DNA of 64,000 nt, from the NCBI RefSeq assembly GCF_051903065.1, contig NZ_CP178438.1. One strand, given 5' to 3'. The position numbers and the translations under genes are program-made. This document shows positions 59,664-64,000 of this stretch, in pieces. How positions within the stretch are numbered: the stretch's first letter is position 1; the number at the start of each line of letters is the position of its first letter. Source of the stretch: Escherichia coli. Its GTDB lineage: Bacteria > Pseudomonadota > Gammaproteobacteria > Enterobacterales > Enterobacteriaceae. The notes under the pieces were generated by a model. It was not told where the DNA came from. It did not search any database and saw nothing but the letters and a program-made list of their open reading frames with translations.

Positions 59664-60776
59664 ACCTCAATTTGGCCGGACATATAAATATCTAAACCAG
59701 AAAAAATCACTTACATAGCGTTACAAACTCTTTAGTCTAAAGGTTCATCGTAAAACATTCCCCATACTTATCAGTCCGTTCCGCGCCAGGTAGCTCATTG
59801 CCTTATCTGGCAACCTGTAATCAGGTTTCCGCTTTTTCAGTTGGCTGGTCGTTTAACCGACATAGTTAATCCATTAATCTAGTTGCCGGATGTTGGTGGA
59901 TTTTCGCGTTTTAGTTGTTCATAAAAGTGCACAGCTTTAACCAGTTCTTCTGATGTAACTGGGACTGGTGAGGCAGTGAATAAGGCCTGAATTTGATAGT
60001 TCGGCCTGTCGTTACAATCCTCTTTTTTCGGTACATATTTCCAGTCACCAGACCACTACTTCCCCTGAAAGTCCGTAACGCCTTTTTTCACGTAGCGATA
60101 TCGCCATGCCACTGGTTTTGCTTGCCCCGCCGTTTCATGCCCTTCCTGATAATTAATCTCGCTCATTCATCGCCCCACTCATCACAATATGCTTCGACCG
60201 GAGTTTTTCCCGCTTCATAGTCATCACGCTAGGATTCGACATCAGCAGCACTTCCACCGCGTAACTCACCATAGTCCATTAATAGTTCATCCCGCTCTTC
60301 AAAACTGATGTTATATTTAGCTGAACAAAAATCAGCCACTTTGTTCTTCCTCATCGTCTTTTATTTCGTGGTATGAGTAATTGCAGTAGTTAAAGAAAAT
60401 TTCTTATGCTCCGTCATGAATTTCCTCAGGTGTTGCGTCATCGTCCACTTCGAATACATCCTCAAAATCTCCACCAGCTATTCCCGTTTCAATAATAATT
60501 TTGAACTTTCGCATTTCACTACCGCCCTTTCGGGCGGCCTCCTGATGTTCTGAGGGTGCAGAAATCCATCCGGTTAAGGATTAAATTTTATTTACAGAAC
60601 TGAATTTAATTATTCAGATATACGTATCTGTAGCCTTACGAATCTACTCACTGGATGCCTCTTTCATAAAAATAATCCAGTGGGTTTTATCGTTTTTTCC
60701 CTGTTCGTTGACAGATAACAGGTTTTCTGTCTGTCAGTGCCAGAATCTGGCTTACCGGTATTTGCGTTTCATTCCA

Positions 60777-61133
60777 TTAAAAAATCAGAACGCCGTGCGG
60801 CCTCAACACCCGAAAGGCTTCTTTAAATCTCTGTCGCGAATCATCACGCCAGGCATCTTTATTCAGCCGTCCATATTTCTTTCCCATCCAGGCGTTATCA
60901 CCAACACTCTCAAGATGCGGAGGGTCTAATACAACCATCGAAAAAGATGCGTCTGCAAATGATAATGCACGAAAATCTGCGATAATGTCAGGGCTGATAA
61001 TCAAGCGTCTCCCATTGCGTAATGTGTATCCTTCTTTTCTGATATCGCTGAATATCGCCCGTTCGTCAGACTTATCGAACCAGAACATGCGGCTGCCACA
61101 GCACATATCAAGAATGGTTGCCGGTGCACTCAC
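60777..61133 (-). pseudogene. SAM-dependent methyltransferase-like protein, probably truncated
   Basis: 118-aa ORF with SAM-binding-like ILDMCCGS and a DPPH motif (compare DPPY/DPPW of N6/N4 DNA methyltransferases); too short for a complete enzyme and followed by degraded coding sequence. Confidence 0.5.
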
Positions 61134-61552
61134 TGCGCCACGTCCTGAAAATTACCCTGATAGAAAGCCAGTATGCGCTGCATAACTTCGCTCTTCCGGC
61201 ACTCGCGACAGATTATGTTTAGGCGACTGTCGTAGCGACGTATTTCTCCGTCAGGTGATGACCAGATAAGGTCCGGATCAACCACAGCAGGTTTCTTCAC
61301 CTTTGCCCTCGAGAGTTTTTTGCGGGCGTTTTGCCAGTCCTTACGCGCCTGTTCAGAGGGGAATAACCCGTAGCCGGAGTTGTATACATCGCCACTGGCT
61401 ACCAGCTCTCTGGCAAGAACGCTCATCAGATATCTAGTCGCACCTGTTTTAGCTTCCAGTTGCCGTAACGTCTCACGGCCGCTCTGGCGCACGAGTTCCA
61501 CCACCTGCCATTTAATTTTTTCCCGCTCTTCTTGTGTAAAAACTTTTGCCAC
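61130..61552 (-). CDS. Hypothetical prophage early protein (140 aa)
   Basis: Uninterrupted ORF within the early-right operon; Lys/Arg-rich middle and CxxC near the C-terminus; function unknown. Confidence 0.5.
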   Translation of the reverse strand: MAKVFTQEEREKIKWQVVELVRQSGRETLRQLEAKTGATRYLMSVLARELVASGDVYNSGYGLFPSEQARKDWQNARKKLSRAKVKKPAVVDPDLIWSSPDGEIRRYDSRLNIICRECRKSEVMQRILAFYQGNFQDVAQ

Positions 61553-61592
61553 AAGTCCCCCTTAAAATTACCTCATGACCTGAAATCAACAC

Positions 61593-62612
61593 TTATCCTC
61601 TGAAACCAGGCGGAATTTCTGTATCCGGTTCAGAAATATGATTAACACAACGCTGTACAGGTGAACGTCCCAGGCGGATGACCAGTTCGTCCCATTTTTC
61701 GAGGAGCTTTGACGGGCTCATGATGTTTTTTACCCAGAATGGATCTCGCTGAACCCGACCAAACATTTCGCAAATTTGTCTGTGGCTTCTGCCATCCAGC
61801 ATCCGCATTGTGCGCACGTCATTGGCCCAGGCAGTCCAGTTAGGCTCTTTTGGTCGCATGATCTCGCCATCATCACTGGCTGCCTGTTCGTAGAGACCCA
61901 CGATCCGCCCCCAGATCCACTGCGCACACGCCAAATCCTCCCTGCTACCCCACTGGCGTTTTTTCGCACTAAACACAACCGCGTCGGAGTTCCGGGTTAA
62001 AAAATCCTGTTCAGTCGTCTGCGGGTCCGGTTGCGAAGCTTCCGGACGAAAAGTGTTTTTATTCTCTGTAGTAATCTCTGTTGTATTCTCTGTAAGATCA
62101 TCAGGCCATTTTGACCCGATGACATTGGGTCGTTTTGAACCAATGGAGCGTTTCATTTTGACCTCTTCCATCGTGTCATTTTGACCTGATGGAGCGGCGC
62201 ATTTTGAACCGATGGATTCGCTCAATTTGCCACCATCTAAAAGCTCGCTCCCATAGTTGATCGTGTAGAAATTGGTCATATCGCGCTTTGATTTATTGAG
62301 CTTTTCACAACGCAAAAGCCCCAGCGTTTTCAGACTTGCAAACGCGCGCTTTAACGTTGACTCTGACCAGAATGGGAACTGTTCCAGCCATTGTTCCGTT
62401 GTGTTATAAATCCAGCGAACACCATCACATTCCATGCCGGAGTTGGTATCTCTCAACCAGTAGTGCAGTTGTTGCAAAACAATGGCTTCGTTTAAGCCAA
62501 TTTTCATTGCCAGCTGCGTGTTTATAACCAGTGGGCGTTCAGCAAAAAGAAGGCTCATAATTCCATCCAGCTTTTTGTTGGTATTGCTGTCGATACGCAA
62601 GTTTGAAAGCAA
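61593..62612 (-). CDS. Putative phage replication initiation / replisome organiser protein (O-like position)
   Basis: 339-aa ORF in the position of lambda O; N-terminal region looks like a winged-helix phage replication organiser domain. Assignment by position and general resemblance only. Confidence 0.5.
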   Translation of the reverse strand: MLSNLRIDSNTNKKLDGIMSLLFAERPLVINTQLAMKIGLNEAIVLQQLHYWLRDTNSGMECDGVRWIYNTTEQWLEQFPFWSESTLKRAFASLKTLGLLRCEKLNKSKRDMTNFYTINYGSELLDGGKLSESIGSKCAAPSGQNDTMEEVKMKRSIGSKRPNVIGSKWPDDLTENTTEITTENKNTFRPEASQPDPQTTEQDFLTRNSDAVVFSAKKRQWGSREDLACAQWIWGRIVGLYEQAASDDGEIMRPKEPNWTAWANDVRTMRMLDGRSHRQICEMFGRVQRDPFWVKNIMSPSKLLEKWDELVIRLGRSPVQRCVNHISEPDTEIPPGFRG

Positions 62613-63060
62613 TTGCTTTTTCTATAAGTTCGTCAGTTTCACGATCCACTACGGCAGGATCAGCAAAAAGCAGTCCGGACTCCACCACATCGCCATATTC
62701 TTTGTTTAACCCGGCGATCATGCACGTGATGCTTTTTCCGTCAGTAATTTCACGATACAACCTGAAATCATTAATCCGGATAGCCTCCATAATTGCAGGC
62801 ACTAGCGCCGTGAACTTTTCACGCTTATCCCTGGTGTCGATAGCCTTCCAGCGTTCAAATATCTTCACTCGATTAACGCCAAGCGCTCGCTGATCAATCG
62901 CGCCACCTTCATATGTGACACGCTGAACATCGATGTTCGGGCGCTCTTTCAAAGCCCAGAATGCTTCAGTGATTAATATCGTCGCCTGCTCCTGTGTCAT
63001 TCCTGGTCGACATATCCAGGCATCCAGAGCCTCACGAGCCTGTTCAGGAGTGATTTTCAT
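62539..63060 (-). CDS. Phage early protein at the cII position (possibly YdaT-like)
   Basis: 173-aa ORF directly downstream of dicC on the minus strand; functional assignment tentative. Confidence 0.45.
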   Translation of the reverse strand: MKITPEQAREALDAWICRPGMTQEQATILITEAFWALKERPNIDVQRVTYEGGAIDQRALGVNRVKIFERWKAIDTRDKREKFTALVPAIMEAIRINDFRLYREITDGKSITCMIAGLNKEYGDVVESGLLFADPAVVDRETDELIEKAIAFKLAYRQQYQQKAGWNYEPSFC

Positions 63061-63274
63061 TGTTCAACCGCCCCGCCCGCTTCGTCTTACGATATTCATC
63101 ATAAACTTTGGGATCATACTGAAGCTCCCCGCCAGATGCCTCCTGTAGACGCATCGCGCGACCTTCGGGAACTAAATCCCCTTTCCAGCTATAAAGCGAA
63201 GCCAAACGAATACCTGCTGCTTGTGCAAGTTTTGTTTTTGAACCGAAATACAAAAGAGCGTCAGTTTTAAGCAT
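63044..63274 (-). CDS. dicC: Cro-like repressor DicC
   Basis: 76-aa ORF MLKTDALLYFGSKTKLAQAAGIRLASLYSWKGD... divergent from dicA. Confidence 0.9.
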   Translation of the reverse strand: MLKTDALLYFGSKTKLAQAAGIRLASLYSWKGDLVPEGRAMRLQEASGGELQYDPKVYDEYRKTKRAGRLNNENHS

Positions 63275-63357
63275 TTAAAACACCTTTATTGTTAGCCATA
63301 ACTAACAAGATAGATGTTAACAAAAACATAGTCAATACGATTTAGCATTAGCTAACT

Positions 63358-63765
63358 ATGGAAACAAAAAATTTAACTATCGGCGAACGCATCAGGTATC
63401 GTCGGAAAAACCTCAAACACACCCAAAGGTCTCTTGCTAAAGCCCTGAAAATCTCCCATGTGTCTGTATCACAATGGGAACGGGGTGATAGTGAACCTAC
63501 AGGGAAGAACCTTTTTGCCCTCAGCAAAGTATTGCAATGCTCACCAACATGGATTCTATTTGGCGATGAAGACAAGCAACCAACACCACCTGTTGAGAAG
63601 CCAGTTGCCTTATCCCCCAAAGAACTAGAGCTCCTTGAGCTGTTTAATGCACTGCCAGAATCAGAACAGGATACCCAGCTCGCCGAAATGCGAGCTCGAG
63701 TAAAAAACTTCAATAAACTCTTTGAAGAATTACTAAAAGCCCGTCAGCGGACAAATAAAAGATAA
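63358..63765 (+). CDS. dicA: Repressor DicA (HTH, controls dicB)
   Basis: 135-aa ORF METKNLTIGERIRYRRKNLKHTQRSLAKALKISHVSVSQWERGD... with Xre-type HTH. Confidence 0.9.
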   Translation: METKNLTIGERIRYRRKNLKHTQRSLAKALKISHVSVSQWERGDSEPTGKNLFALSKVLQCSPTWILFGDEDKQPTPPVEKPVALSPKELELLELFNALPESEQDTQLAEMRARVKNFNKLFEELLKARQRTNKR

Positions 63766-63931
63766 CATCATCAATGAGTTATCTTTTACCACATCAATTA
63801 TGTTAGCTATAGCATACAAAATCACTTGACCGATATGTTAGTCATGGCTAATCTTGTTTGCATCAACACACCGCACGGTGTTCTCAGCAAACAGTTCCGC
63901 TACCCCAGCGTTAAGGGGAAATGAGGTCAGC

Positions 63932-64000
63932 ATGGATACTATCGATCTTGGCAACAACGAATCTCTGGTGTACGGCGTGTTTCCAAACCAGGACGGCACG
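63932..64000 (+). CDS. ydfB: Small prophage protein, partial (window ends within the gene)
   Basis: ATG at 63932 opens MDTIDLGNNESLVYGVFPNQDGT...; symbol assumed from K-12 gene order after dicA. Confidence 0.4.
   Translation, partial: MDTIDLGNNESLVYGVFPNQDGT

Noticed and set aside
63844-63924. 26-codon frame MANLVCINTPHGVLSKQFRYPSVKGK after dicA, considered as ydfA
   Set aside because: Too short compared with my recollection of the K-12 ydfA product, and I cannot place that gene confidently without alignment; left unannotated.

Overview
This window reads as an Escherichia coli chromosomal segment with K-12-like gene order: the lsr autoinducer-2 locus, tam to yneK, the mar locus, mgtS/mgrR, dcp and the ydf genes, then a Qin-like lambdoid cryptic prophage from about 37.3 kb to the window end. 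All calls come from reading the six-frame translations and the DNA by eye and from recalled protein families; no database search was run, and comparisons to K-12 MG1655 are from memory. Several mobile or accessory segments stand out against that backbone: a partial IS1 at the window start, an IS200/IS605-family element (tnpA plus an apparently intact tnpB) between lsrG and tam, an IS903-like element at a rearrangement junction inside the prophage, a truncated P4-like integrase with adjacent direct repeats, a lambda-type terminase module with a recognisable cosN, and a single-ORF DDE transposase between flxA and dicC. I did not find a CRISPR array, tRNA or rRNA gene, or a convincing wholly novel multi-gene system. 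The best candidates for follow-up are the TnpB element and the integrase/repeat remnant embedded in the prophage portal gene.
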